From NCBI RefSeq assembly GCF_016432865.1, contig NC_067401.1:88722001-88786000 (forward strand): a stretch of 64,000 bases of DNA, given 5' to 3'. Shown here in pieces: positions 1 through 12,019 of this stretch. A model generated the notes under the pieces. It did no database searches and was not told where the DNA came from. It saw only the letters and a program-made list of their open reading frames with translations. Numbering within the stretch: the first letter of the stretch is position 1; the number at the start of each line of letters is the position of its first letter. Both the position numbers and the translations under genes were made by a program. Source of the DNA: Antechinus flavipes (lineage: Eukaryota).

Positions 1-3000
1 ATTCAATTCATTAATCTTCTTTTTCTTTATTTTATGCAAGTAAACATGTAGAGATATAAAATTTCCTCTAATTATCACTTTGGCTGCATCCCACATATTT
101 TGGTATGTTCTCTCATTATTGTCATTCTCTTGGATAAAATTATTGATTATGTCCATGATTTGTTCTTATACCCATTCATTCTTTAAAATTATATTATTTA
201 GTTTCCAATTAATTTTTGATCAATTTTCCTTTTCCAATGGCCTTTTATTGTATGCAATTTGTATTGAATCATGATCTTAAAAAATGCATTTACTATTTCT
301 GCCTTTCTGCATTTGATTTTGAGGTCTTTATGTTCCAATATATGGTGGATTTTTGTATAGGTTCCATGAACCCTTGAGAAAAAGTGTATTCCTTTCTGTC
401 TCCATTCAATTTTCTCAGAAGATCTATCATACCTAACTTTTCTAAAATTCTATTTACCTCTTTAACTTCTTTATTATTTATTTTGTGGTTCGATTTATTT
501 ATTTCTGAGAGCAAGATTGAGACTCTCTACTATTATTGTTTTCCTTTCTACTTCTTGAAGCTCTCTTAACTTCTCCTTTAGGAATTTGGATCCTAAATCA
601 CTTGGTGCATATGTTTATTATTGATATTGCTTCATTATCTATGGTACCTTTTAACAAGATAGAGTTTTCTTCCTTATCTCTTTTAATTAGATCTGTTTTT
701 GTTTTTGCTTGATCTAAGATCAGGATCACTAGCCCTGTTTTTTCTACTTCACCTGAAACATAATAAATTCTGCTCCAATCTTTTTTTTTACTCTAAAGGT
801 ATCCCTCCACTTTAACTGTATTTTTTGTAAACAACGTATTATAGGATTCTGGCTTTTAATCGAGTCTTCTTTCTGCTTCTGTTTTATGGGAAAGTTCATC
901 CTATTCATACTCACAGTTAAAATGATTAATTCTGTATCTCACATTATCTTATTTACCCCAAATTATTCTTTTCTCTTTCCTTTCATCCTTTCCCTCCTCC
1001 CTGGTATTTTGCTTCGGATCACCACTTCCCTCAAACAACCCTCTTTTCTTCTCTCTTTCTTATACCTTCCCTCTACTACTTCTGTTTTCCATTCTATTAA
1101 TCTCCCCCTTTCTTTTCCCCTTTCCCCTCCCCCTTCCCTAAAAGGTGAGGAAAGTTTCTCTGTGAAACCAAATATGTCTAATATTCTCTCTTTGAGCCAC
1201 GTCTGATGAGAGTAAAATTCACACAATGTTCATTCCTCTGCCTTCTTTCCCTCAGTTATAATAGGTCTTCTTTGTCTCTTTATGAGATATAATTTCCCTC
1301 ATTTTACCTCCACTTTATTCTTTTCCCAGTACAATCCCTTTTCCACCTCTAGTTTCTTTTTAATATCATCACAGTAAAATCAAATTATACCTGCACTAAG
1401 TATACCCATAACAAAGATATAGTTCTCGTGAGAACTTCTTTCCTTTTACCTTTCTTCTCTTGAGTTCTGCATCTGGAGGTCAGATTTTTTTATTTAGCTC
1501 TGGTCTTTTCATTAGAAATAAATGAAATTTACCTGTATCATTGAATGTCTATCTTCTTCCCTGAAAGATAAAACTCAATTTAGCTGGACAGTTTATTTTT
1601 GGATGCATTGTAAGTTCCTTTGCCTTTCAGATTATCAGATTCCTGGTTTTTCAGTCCTTTAAGGTAGAAGCTGCTAGGTCCTAGGTAATCCTGACTGTGG
1701 CTGCTCAGTAATTCTGGCTGCTTGCAATATTTTTGCCTTGATGCAATTGTTGTGAAATGTAGCTATGATATTCCTTAGAGTTTTTATTTTGGGGTCTCTT
1801 TCAGGAGGTGATCAGTGAATTCTTTCAATGGCCATTTTACCTTCTTATTCTAGGATATCAGAACAGTTTTCCTTGATGATTTCCTGAAAGATAATATCTA
1901 GGCTCTTTTTTTCCATCATGGTTTTTGGGAAGTCCAATAATCCTTAGATTGTTTCTCCTAGATCTAATTTTCAGGTCATTTCCTTTTTCAATGAGATATT
2001 TTACATTTTTTCTATTTTTTTCTTTCTTTCTTTCTTTTTTTTTTTTTTTTTTTTTTTTTTTGGTTTTGTTTGACTGATTCTTAAAGTCTCATTGATTTGT
2101 TCACTTTCATTTGTTCATTTCTAATTTTTAGTGAATTATTTTCTTCAGTTAGCTTTTTAATCTCCTTTTGCCTTTAGCCTTTGGCCAGTTGAACTTTTAT
2201 ATGGTTTGTTCATCTCAATTTTTCCATTTTACAAATTCTGTTTTTTAAGGAGTTGTTTTCTTTTTCCATTTTGTCATATCTATTTTGTAAGGAGTTATAT
2301 GCTTTTTCCATTCCACTAAATCTATTTTGTAAGGAGTTTTCTTCAGATAATTTCTGTGTTTCCTTTTCTAAGCCCTCTTGCAAAGTTCTCATTTTCTTTC
2401 TCCATTTTTCTTCTAACTCTCTTTTAAGAGCCTTTTTGAATTTTTCCAAGAGAGTCTTATAGGATGGGGACCAATTCATATCACTTATCTGGGCTTCATC
2501 TGGAAATGATTTCTTTTAGTATCCTCAGGGTTTGAAATCTGTTTTTCTATTTCTCCATAAAATCTATCTATGGGGGCAGCTAGGTGGTATAGTGGATAGA
2601 GCACTACTCCTGAAGTCAAGAAGACCTGAGTTCAAATCTGACCCCAGACACTTAACACTTCCTAGCTGTGTGACCCTGTGCAAGTCACTTAATCCCATTG
2701 CTTCAGCAAAAAACAAAAACAAAACCAAAATACTAGCTATGGTCAGAATTCTTTTTTTGCTTTTTTGCTCATTTTTTAAAAGGTTGAGGTCTGCGTTTAG
2801 GGCAAAGGGAAAATGTCCATGCTTCCTTTATAGGCAACGGTGGCTACACTGTGTCAGTGCTTTCTAACTTGGTGATATTGGGTGGGTCTGGCCAGGTTTT
2901 ATCAAGTTCTGGGGTTTAGGGGCTCACTATTTGCCTTTTATATTTGTGTTGGATGTCTTATGGCTAATTTGCCAATCTATTGGCTTGCAAGTGGGACAGA

Positions 3001-3318
3001 GTAGCCATCACTACTGTAAATTCTTCCTAGTAGATTCTCTGATATGCAGAGCCCACATTATCCTGGGACTGTGCACCGCCTGCACTTGGTGCCTGCACTT
3101 GGCCCACCTACACTTGGCCCGCCTCCCTCCATGCCAGATTGAAAGAAACCTTTTCTGGAGATCTTCCAAATTATCTTCTGCTAGAAATTTGTTATACTCC
3201 AAATATCTGTGAGTTCTGTCACTCCAAAATCAGTTCAGAGGCTGGATTTGCTGTTAATTTGAGGGACATGGGGAGAGCTCAGAAAAAGATGTGTCTCCTC
3301 TCCATCATCTTGGCTCTG
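1..3318 (-). mobile_element. LINE-1, 5' portion (5'UTR, ORF1, start of ORF2 endonuclease), degenerate; runs off the left edge
   Basis: Minus ORF 293-514 (INNKEVKEVNRILEKLGMIDLLRKLNGDRKEYTF) resembles the L1 endonuclease. Minus ORF 2210-2479 (LQEGLEKETQKLSEENSLQNRF...) is an ORF1-like coiled coil. The element start reads GAGCCAAGATG on the minus strand near 3316, typical of an L1 5' end. Frames are broken. Confidence 0.9.
2572..2726 (+). mobile_element. WSINE1-like tRNA-derived CORE-SINE inserted in the L1
   Basis: GGGGCAGCTAGGTGG...GAGTTCAAATC A/B boxes, core TAGCTGTGTGACCCTG..CAAGTCACTTAA, A-rich tail. Imperfect TSD AAAATCTATCTAT (2559-2571) / AAAATACTAGCTAT (2727-2740). Confidence 0.9.
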
Positions 3319-3819
3319 TTTCACTCTACTCTTTATTTGCTCCTCTGCCTGGTTTCAACTCTATGGCGCAAGATGGCCCTGCACCAGGTTCCTCCTGGTC
3401 TCTCTCCTTCTATCTCCCCTCGTATTTCTTGCCTCCTTTTATGTAATCTTTCTTTTTACTAGATTGCAAGCTTCTTGAGGGTAAGGACTGTTATTTCTTT
3501 TTATTGATTTTATTTTTAGTGCTTATCATAATGCCTATCACCATACTAAATGCTTAATGTTTACTGGATTGGATTGGAATTAATATGGAGAGAAGTAAGC
3601 ATAATTTAAAAAATGGATACAATGATTAAAATGATAAATTTTGATAAATTTTTTAAAAATTAGTAAAAGGAATAGGAACATTCAGTAATTAAAGAACCAA
3701 TGAAGATCTTGGGTGGCAGATCTTTCTTCCTTCTCATGACAGAGATGGGGATTATAATGACAGAATGTTGTACAATAACAGCTGGCATTTATATAACTCC
3801 TTTAAGTTGTACAAAGTGG

Positions 3820-4020
3820 TTTACATATGTTATTTCATTTGCTCCTCACAAGCACTCTAGTAGGTGTTATTATATGTCCATTTTACAGAAGAGGAAATTG
3901 AGGCCGACATAAATTAAGTGACTTTGTACAAGATCAAACAACTAATTAAATGTCTGAAGCAGGATTTGAACTCTGGTCTTTTAGACTCCAGTCAGGTCCA
4001 AAACTCTGTCAACTATGCCA
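3820..4020 (-). mobile_element. MIR/CORE-SINE
   Basis: Core CCATTTTACAGAAGAGGAAATTGAGGC...AAGTGACTT...GGATTTGAACTC. Confidence 0.75.
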
Positions 4021-4029
4021 ATAACTCAG

Positions 4030-4990
4030 CTAGTCAACTAGCATTTATTACATATCAGACATGTGCTAACACTGTATTAAGTGATAGTAATACCCAAAGC
4101 CCTAGAAAACATCCTTGCTCATAAGAAGCTCACAGTCTTATGAAGGAGACAGTGTGCAAACAAGTATGTACAAACTGGGACAGTCTCAGAGGGAAGAGAT
4201 TAAGATTAAGGAAGAATGGGAAAGCCCTACTGCTAAAGATAACACTTGAAGGAAGGGAGGGAATGCAGAAAGCAAAGATGGAGGGGGACAGAGTTCCAGG
4301 CATGGGAAACAACCAATTAAAATACCTAGATTCAGGAGATATAGTGAAGGGGAGTGTCATTGTATCACAGACTACATAATGGGGCATGTAAAAGGAGCAA
4401 GGATACTGGAAAGACAGGGGAAGACAAAGTTATGACAAATTCAAAAGTTCAACAGAGGATTTTATATTCAATCTTAGAGATAATGTGGTGGATAATATGA
4501 CCATATTTTCATTTTGAGATCAATTTAACAGCTGAGTGGATTGGAATGAGGAAAGACTTGAGACAGGGGACAAACAGTAGAATGTTGTAGTAATCTTGAT
4601 GTGAGATGATGAGTGTTTGCATTAGAGTGGTAGCAGTGTCAAAGGAGGAAAAAGGTATATATGTGAGAGCTATTATAAAGGTAAAATTGACATAATTTGA
4701 CACCCGATTTAATATGTTGTAGGGAGAGAACGAGGAAAAAGTTAAGGATAACATCCAGATTTTTAACTTAAAGGACTGAAAGAATGGCAGTGCCTTTGAC
4801 AACAACAGGAAAGTTTGGAAAAGAGGTGAGGTTTTTTGGGGAAAATAGTAAGTTCAGTTTTAGAAATATTTTGAATTCAAGTTGTCCATGGGACATACTG
4901 TTTGAGATATATAATAGTTATTTGGAGATTTGAATCTGGATATGAGAGACTAAGGCTGATGAAGTATATGTGGACATCAGTCACTTAGAC
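4030..4990 (-). mobile_element. LINE-2 3' fragment
   Basis: Antisense L2 3'-end signature (GCATTTATT...GTGCTAA...CTTGCTCATAAGAAGCTCACAGTCT) followed by typical purine-rich antisense L2 body. Confidence 0.7.
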
Positions 4991-5256
4991 AATAAACATT
5001 TATAAAGCTCCAAGTATTTTCAGGCACAGTGTTAAGTACATAATCAATAGAGATAATCGAAAGCCAAGAAAAGAGGATCTGGGACAGAGCCTTGGTGAAA
5101 CAGAGAAAGCCCAGTTAGATAGGTGGAGGAGAGCTGCCTCATTGTATGCACTGTCAGATGTACTTCCTATATCAAGAGGCTTTTGAGTAATTATTTTCCA
5201 TTGCTGTAGAAGATTGAATGTCAAGGAAAAGGAAGATTCCCTTCCTTCCATAGGAA

Positions 5257-5386
5257 NNNNNNNNNNNNNNNNNNNNNNNNNNNNNNNNNNNNNNNNNNNN
5301 NNNNNNNNNNNNNNNNNNNNNNNNNNNNNNNNNNNNNNNNNNNNNNNNNNNNNNNNNNNNNNNNNNNNNNNNNNNNNNNNNNNNNN
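5257..5386. other. Assembly gap (130 N)
   Basis: Run of N. Confidence 1.
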
Positions 5387-5499
5387 AAATACTAGAGGTA
5401 GAAACAGAACCACAGATTTAGAGCTAAAGGAAACCTTAGAAATCCAATCTCCTCATTTTACAGATGAGAAAACAGATGAGGCTGATACAGATTAAGGAA

Positions 5500-5850
5500 C
5501 AACACACTATCTCTCAGTTCTGGGTATTTTCTCTGACTGTCCCCCATGTCTGGGATGTTTTCTCTCCTGCACTCTAGCAGCCATTCTCTGGCTTTCTTTA
5601 AGTCCCACTTAAAACCCATCTTTTACTAATAAACTTCCTTAGCCCTTTTTAAGTTTAACGTCTTTCCTATGTTAATTATTTCCTATTTATCATTATATAT
5701 TTTTTTCTTTGCATGTTTTCTTTCTTTTTAGAGTGTAAGTTTCTTGAGTGTAGGAGTTGTCTTTTCCCTCTTTTTGCATCCGCAGGGCATAGCAGCCAGG
5801 TCTGAAATATAGTAGATACATAGCAAACACCTGTGGATTTATTAATTAAA
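5500..5850 (+). mobile_element. LINE-2 3' end
   Basis: TTAGAGTGTAAGTTTCTTGAG..TAGGAG...TTTTTGCATCC...CATAGC pattern of L2 termini. Confidence 0.65.
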
Positions 5851-6199
5851 ACATAGAGAATATTAATATGTGTTTCTCTGTTTCTATTTGAGTTTGATAC
5901 CATTTGGATAATTAGAGGGGAGGGTTCCAAACTTTGATTTCATTAATATAAGAAATTCCCAATGAGGAAACTCTTTTTTTTTAAAACCAATGCAAATATG
6001 TAGCTCCTTTTCAATTTACTGTTTTAGAATTTGATTGAGACACTGAGAGGTTAGATGACTTGCTCAGAGTCATATAGTTAATATGTGTGAGAATTTTTTA
6101 TACCTGAGTTTTGTTTTGCTTTTTTTTTTATTCTGAGGCTATCACTATCCATTGGCACAATACTGCTTTTCCATTAATCCATGGTTGTGGATTTTTGTA

Positions 6200-7930
6200 G
6201 TGCTTCAGCATGAAGATCAGCATCTTTAATAAACAAGAAGAAAAAAAGAGTAATGAAAAAAAGGATATGGTATTTAGTTAAGAATATTGAACCCTGAATT
6301 ATCAAAACAAGCTATTGAAAAAGATTTTTAAACGTGGAAATGGATAACAGAAATAACATAAGTATAACAACAACAATAATAACTTAATTCAGAAGTTTAA
6401 TCAATGTAAATTAATTACTATAAGAACAAAAAAATCAGAAAACACCTCAGTCAGCAAACATTTGGCTTATTTACTAAATGGTAAGAGAAGATTGTCAAAA
6501 GCAGCATCAAGTTACAAAATAAATTTATTTGTAAAATCTAACAAAGAAATAATTGTAAGCAGTATTATCTCATAAAATAGAGAGCAGTGATGGGTAAAAC
6601 CAGTCTAAAGAAAGCTTAGTAAAATATCAAGTAAACTAAGCCATCTTATCATTCAAGGATGAAAATGGAAAGAGAACTACAAAGGAGAAAAATGTAAAAG
6701 ACTTGCAAAAGTAATTTCAACAAACTTCTTTTTCTGTCAAGGATAATAAAGTTACTACATTTAGATATTACAGTTCCTGAGATGTTTATAGAGGAAGTAA
6801 AAACAGCAGTAAAGAGAATAAAGACAGATTTGGAATAGGTGTATCTAATGGAGATTTGAAGGTGATGTAGTCATGAGGACAATGAGGAACTAATTTACGT
6901 AGGAAGGGAAGATACCAAAAGCATGGAAGAAAAACTTAAACCTCATTTATTTAGTTAGTATTTTTAAAATAGTGACTAAGAAAATTTCAACAACTACCAA
7001 TATTTATCTATATTAATTTTCTTCTCTATACCAAATCTTTATGATGGACATCTATACACAAATTGAGGCCATCCTTGATGAGGATATTAGTAAGTAATAA
7101 TGCTTTTGCAAGTGATCTTCCCTGATGGACAGCATTTTTACCATATTATAACTGACTGAAATATATAGAAAACATAAGATTGCATTTTGCTTCTTACTTA
7201 TGGATTATGGAGAAGCATTTCCTGCAGTTGAACAAATTGCTTTATGATCTCTTTTACAAAAATTTATTTTATATGACTATAAAAAATATCTGAGGAAGCT
7301 TTGGAACCACAGAAATAATCCTGTTCAATGAACTTTTGATAATAATATCACATGAAATATAAAAGAGAGAAAGTATTTGCTACTGTTACTGAGGAGATCC
7401 ATCACAAAATTCACACTGAGGAAGAATTTTCTGTGAATGGTGAGCTCTTCCTGTTCCTCCTATTTACAGATGACACTGTGTAGATTTCATCAAGCTCCAA
7501 GACATTGCAAAACCTCTGGAAGATCTTTAATCTTACTAAGGAGTTTGGCCTAAACATCCATATACAGGAAAGGTTATATATATATGTTTAGATGTCAATC
7601 TACGTTTGAATAGATATCTAATAAAATGTTTCTAACATTGTGTACCAAATGTCCCAAAAGTCTTAGTTCAGTCTGAAACTTCAAGATTAAAACTTCTTGA
7701 AGACTTAACCTACACTAAGATTTCTGGGACATGGAACAAACAATTAACTTGGATAATAATCTGTTCCCAGAGTTTAACAGGAGGAAAGTGGGCTGGATTG
7801 ATTTGTGGAAACTGCAAAGCAATTTTACTGATTCCTTAATAGCAGAGTTCTATCTTGGCTTTACTATTGCACTTTGTTGCTTTGGGCTAGATTTTTCAAT
7901 GCATTCTTTTCTTCTCCTACAATCCCCATT
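6200..7930 (+). mobile_element. Ancient RTE-clade LINE, reverse-transcriptase remnant
   Basis: Degenerate RT motifs: ATGGATTATGGAGAAGCATTT (DY.KAF-like) near 7200 and CTCCTATTTACAGATGACACTGTG (LLFTDDTV, from LFADD) near 7455. Heavily frameshifted. Confidence 0.6.
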
Positions 7931-8059
7931 TTTACATACTTACCCTGGCAAGGAAAGAACTTTACTCACACTGAGGCCTCTTGATCTTAAATATTCTTGA
8001 TTCACAAATTAATTTAAGACAATGTCTTTATTTTGTTTTTTACTGAATTATGTAGTAAT

Positions 8060-8550
8060 TTCACATGTTTAAAGTCTATTGGGGCTGCCTTGGATTACCG
8101 AACCACTGAGAAAAATCAAGTCTTTCTAGTAGATCATCAAACATTCTTGCTATTATTGTGTACAATGTATTCCTGGTTCTGCTTGTTTCTCTCAGCATCA
8201 GTTTGTGTAAATCTTTCCAGGCCTTTCTAAAATCAGCTTGTTCATCATTTTTTTATAAAACAATATTATTCTATTACCTTCATATACCACAACCAGTTAG
8301 CCATTCCCCAATTGATGGATATCTACTCATTTTCCATTTCTTTGTTACCACAAAAAGAACTGCTACAAACATTTTTGCACATGTAGATTCTTTTCCCTTC
8401 TTTATGATTTCATTGGGATAAAGACTCCTTGAAAGCGCTGCTAGGTCAAAGGATGTGCTCAGTTTTATAGCTCTTTGGACATAGTTCTAAATTGCTCTCT
8501 AGAATGGTTGGATCATTTCATAACTCCACCAATAATTCATTAGTGTTTCC
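8060..8550 (-). mobile_element. LINE-1 3' ORF2 fragment
   Basis: AGCCATTCCCCAATTGATGG...TTACCACAAAAAGAACTGCTACAAACATTTTTGCACATG matches antisense marsupial L1 ORF2 C-terminus. Confidence 0.85.
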
Positions 8551-8569
8551 ACACCCTACTTCTTTTGTG

Positions 8570-9720
8570 CTCCAGTTTGTACCCTTCTAAACTTTAACAC
8601 CCAGAACTGGGCATTGCCATATCCTTTGTGTTGTTTAAATAGGGCAGAAGACACATGTACTACAACCTATCTTGTTTTAGTAATTATGACTCTTTTAATG
8701 CAATATAAAATGACAGTAGCCCTTTTGGTTACTTGTCACATTTTAACTCTTATTAAGCTTGCAGTTCACTAAAATCTCTAAGTCTTTTTCACATGGATTA
8801 TTATTTAGGCATTCCTTTTCCACTCTAGACTTGTGTAGAGTAGTTGATATTTTGAAACCACATATGGCATTTTATATTTGCACTTCTTAATTTCTAATAT
8901 AGGACATGGGGAGCAACCTTGGAGCTAGGGGAACTAGATTTTAAGGCATGTTTCTGGCACATACTAAGGTATGATCTTGGGCAGCTCACTTAACTTCTCA
9001 TTGTTCTATGTTGGAGAGAAGATGATCTCATGTGCAGAGGTCTTTATACCCATAACTAAATTTACCTTATTTTGTTTTATCTTGTTGAGAATTTTTAAAA
9101 AAGAAACTGAATGTATTATCTGTCTATGATTTCTTCAGGTTTTGTATCATCTACATAATTTAATTAAGAGGCATGCTATTTATACTTTTATCCAAGTCAC
9201 TGATAAGATTGTTTAAAAGTAAAATACTAAAAATAGATCCCTAGAGCCTTAGTGATCTAATTCATGGGTAACATCAATAATCCTTGGGTCTGGCCACTGA
9301 ATGAGTTTAGAATCCACCAAATTGTGCTATGATCCAGTCCACATCCCCCCATCTTTAAACTTCATTACAGGATACTGGAGAAAATGTCTATCATACATTT
9401 TAAAGTGTTAGACATATCTGAGTGAGTATTAGGCCATAAGAATTTGTCAAATGACTTATTGAAATCCAGGCATATTATGTTTATGGTATTCCTATATTTC
9501 ATCAGTCTAGTAAACCTATCAAAAAAGAAATGAGGTTAGTCTGGCATTATTCTTAAAGAACCTCTGCTGCTCTGGAGTCATCATTCCTCTGCCACAATAT
9601 TACAAACCATATTTTAAAATCATTCTTTCTGTAATTTTGTCAGGAATCATTATTACGCTCGTCTCCTATTTTTTGAAGAATGCATTTTCTCCTATTTTTT
9701 TTTCCTTAAGAAGTCAGACA
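8570..9720 (-). mobile_element. CR1/L3 LINE fragment, interrupted by a SINE at about 8900-9050
   Basis: CCCAGAACTG, GTATCATCT..ATTTAAT, ATCCAAGTCACTGATAA and GAAATGAGGTTAGTCTGGCAT are antisense L3 motifs. Confidence 0.6.
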
Positions 9721-10499
9721 TACATTCATTCTGTAGTAGCTCTTGCAGAAGAGTTAATGACAATCAATTGGAAAGAATCCTGATGAATCATCCCACGGTT
9801 TCTCCTTCCCCCACCTCTTGAATGTTTTAGAAGTGGTGGAAAGTCGGGATGAAATGAAGTGTATGCGGGGGGAGAAACTTACTTTGCGTAGTCAAAAATT
9901 AAGATAAATATTCTAGAATGTTTTTCACAGGTAACAGGATACTCACTTTTAAATTGACCAAAATTACTTTATTTTCATTCTACTTTTTAGGAAGCCTGGA
10001 TTGCTTCAAGGAAACTGGATTAGATCAGTCCGTAGTCTTTTCTACCCCCACCCTCCTCACAACCCGGGTGTCTCCCGATCTGGAGGCTGGCAGAAAGGAT
10101 TAATGTATCACATGTGAGAAATTGTATATATTAAAAATAATAGTAACAGTAATGCAGTCGATTAACTTCGAATCCTACCTGAGCACTCCCACATCAAGTT
10201 AGAAAGAAAAACTACCAGTTGGATTGAGCCCTTCATGCCTAAAGCCATTTCCTTTCTTTGCTGTTTGCTCTCAACAGCACGGATCTCCATTACTTCTTAC
10301 AGTATTAAAAGCAAAGATAGCAAGAGAAAGAACTGAAGAAGACGAGCAGAGCAGAAACGCGCTTCAATGGGTTTCTAGCCCATTTCCTACTTAAAGGGAA
10401 AGGTGGTGTAGAGAGGGAAGGCAGGCAGGCGGCGGGCGGCAGAGGCAGCAGCAGCCACGCCAACCAGAACCAGCACCTTTGGACGCTCCGCTCGTCCAC

Positions 10500-10859
10500 G
10501 TGACTATTCTCTTCCCTCCTCGCCTCCTCCCTGCCCCGGGCTGTCGCGCGCACAGGCCAGGGCGTCTCAAGCTCCTGCACGCGCTCGCTTTACCAGTCCT
10601 GAGGAAAAGGGAGCAAGCGAGTGAACGAAGGAACTGAGAGAGCTGCTGGAGCTGTTCCTGCAAAGCCAGCTGAAGAGGGTTGCTGGGAGGGAGGGGCACG
10701 AGGAGAGGAGGTCGCAGCACCAGGAGCAGCGCGGTTCTGCATTTTCTGTGTGATGAAGGTTCATTGCATTGCTCCTCCGTTTGTTGCTAGCTGACACTCA
10801 ACTGCACCCAGTGCGCACCAGAAAGGAGACACCGCGGTGCCGTGACCTTGGCCGAGGAG
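10500..10859 (+). other. RGS7: RGS7 non-coding exon 1 (start uncertain; 3' end at donor GAG|GTAAAT)
   Basis: Donor GAG|GTAAAT at 10859/10860; alternative GTG|GTAAGA at 10873/10874. Gives an intron 1 of about 1.15 kb, consistent with my recollection of a non-coding exon 1 and short intron 1 in human RGS7. The TSS cannot be read from sequence. Confidence 0.55.
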
Positions 10860-11045
10860 GTAAATACAAGGTGGTAAGAGGGGAGGAGGGAAAGGAAATA
10901 GAGGAGCCCTCCCTGTTTCTCCCACCCCCTCCACCCCCTTCCTCAATCTGGCACTATGTGAAGCGAGTACGTTTGCTGTGCGTTGGGAGGCGGCTACTGC
11001 TGAGTCTATAGCTTTCTCTCAGGGACTGCTGTTGCCGCCTTCTGT

Positions 11046-11066
11046 GGCGCTGTCCACGGTTCTGAA
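11046..11066 (-). promoter_or_regulatory. RE1/NRSE (REST-binding element) in intron 1
   Basis: Minus strand TTCAGAACCGTGGACAGCGCC versus consensus TTCAGCACCACGGACAGCGCC: 18/21, with two of the differences in the variable central spacer. Confidence 0.85.
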
Positions 11067-12019
11067 AGCACTGGCTTGGGCTTTGGCGACTTCATTGCAG
11101 GGCAAACAGACTCGCCTGCCATTTGCTGCTTCCGTGATCAAGTCAAGCAAAGAGATTTGGGGGTTGGTTGTTTGTCTCCTCCTTTGTTGATTGCTCTGAC
11201 AGTTTGGTTTCTACTGATAATTGCCCAGGTAGCCGTCGGAAATGTTTTCTCCTCCTTGGTTGCCGAATCCGTGTTGTGGTTGTGGCACATTCTAATGTTT
11301 TCCTGCAAAAAATTAACTAGACTGTGCTCCGACTTCTTTTAAAGTAGTGTGGGGCAAAAAAAGAACAAATAGCTGACACTAAGATAAAGTGAAACTAGGT
11401 GACCAGGACAAGCAGAAATGTGCTTTATTTCTCTCCCTATAGGAACCCCAGATGTAAAAACAGAAAATACACGTGCTAGTGAATTGCACAGGAATATGGG
11501 TCTATTATTTATATGCCTAGGGTAGAGCAGGCACCTGAGAAGCACTGTGGAGGAGGGGGGCAGTCGAAAGGATGATGTTTTTTGTGTATTGTCCTACAAA
11601 CCGTTTTGGGAAATAAAATCAAGTGGAAATGCAATTGGTTGTAATTTTAAAAAGATCCTCCTTTTCAGTAATTAGAGGAATTTTTTTCCCCCATAATGTG
11701 ACCATTCAGTACTTCTTCAAGTAATTCCTCTTTTTAAAAGTCTCAATTAAAATAGAAATCAGCTGAACGTGTCTGATCCAAGTGGTAGGCATTCATAATC
11801 CCTAAGGTTACTTAAAGCTTGATTCTGTATGTTGTAGCTATGTTAATGCTGTAGTTTATTAAATTTTTAGTGTATTCTTCTACCGAAGTGACAGAGTGGA
11901 AATATTCTAAAGTTAGTTTTTGTATGAATGACTTTTGAAAGAATGAAAATAGAAAGGGTCAAATATTCACCATTTGTGAATGATAAAAATCTTATTGGGA
12001 TCTCTCTTACTTTTTTCAG

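Larger units (their letters stand above)
10300..11330 (+). promoter_or_regulatory. RGS7: CpG-rich promoter region of RGS7
   Basis: Only GC/CpG-dense kilobase in an otherwise CpG-poor window, ~1 kb upstream of the first coding exon. Contains a USF-type E-box CCACGTGAC (core 10497-10502) and a weak TATA-like TATTAAAA (10303-10310). Confidence 0.85.

Noticed and set aside
2010-2061. Long T run inside L1 ORF1 as a polyA-only retroposition
   Set aside because: No TSD visible; more simply a slippage expansion of an existing T tract.
5000-5495. ORFs spanning the first N gap (and 13505-13777 across the second)
   Set aside because: Artefacts of translating N runs.
10305-11342. Several 60-109 aa ORFs on both strands in the CpG island, one with a signal-peptide-like WFWLAWLLLPLP stretch
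   Set aside because: Expected from low stop-codon density in GC-rich DNA. Most begin at non-ATG codons, none resembles a protein I recognise, and the real start is at 12070.
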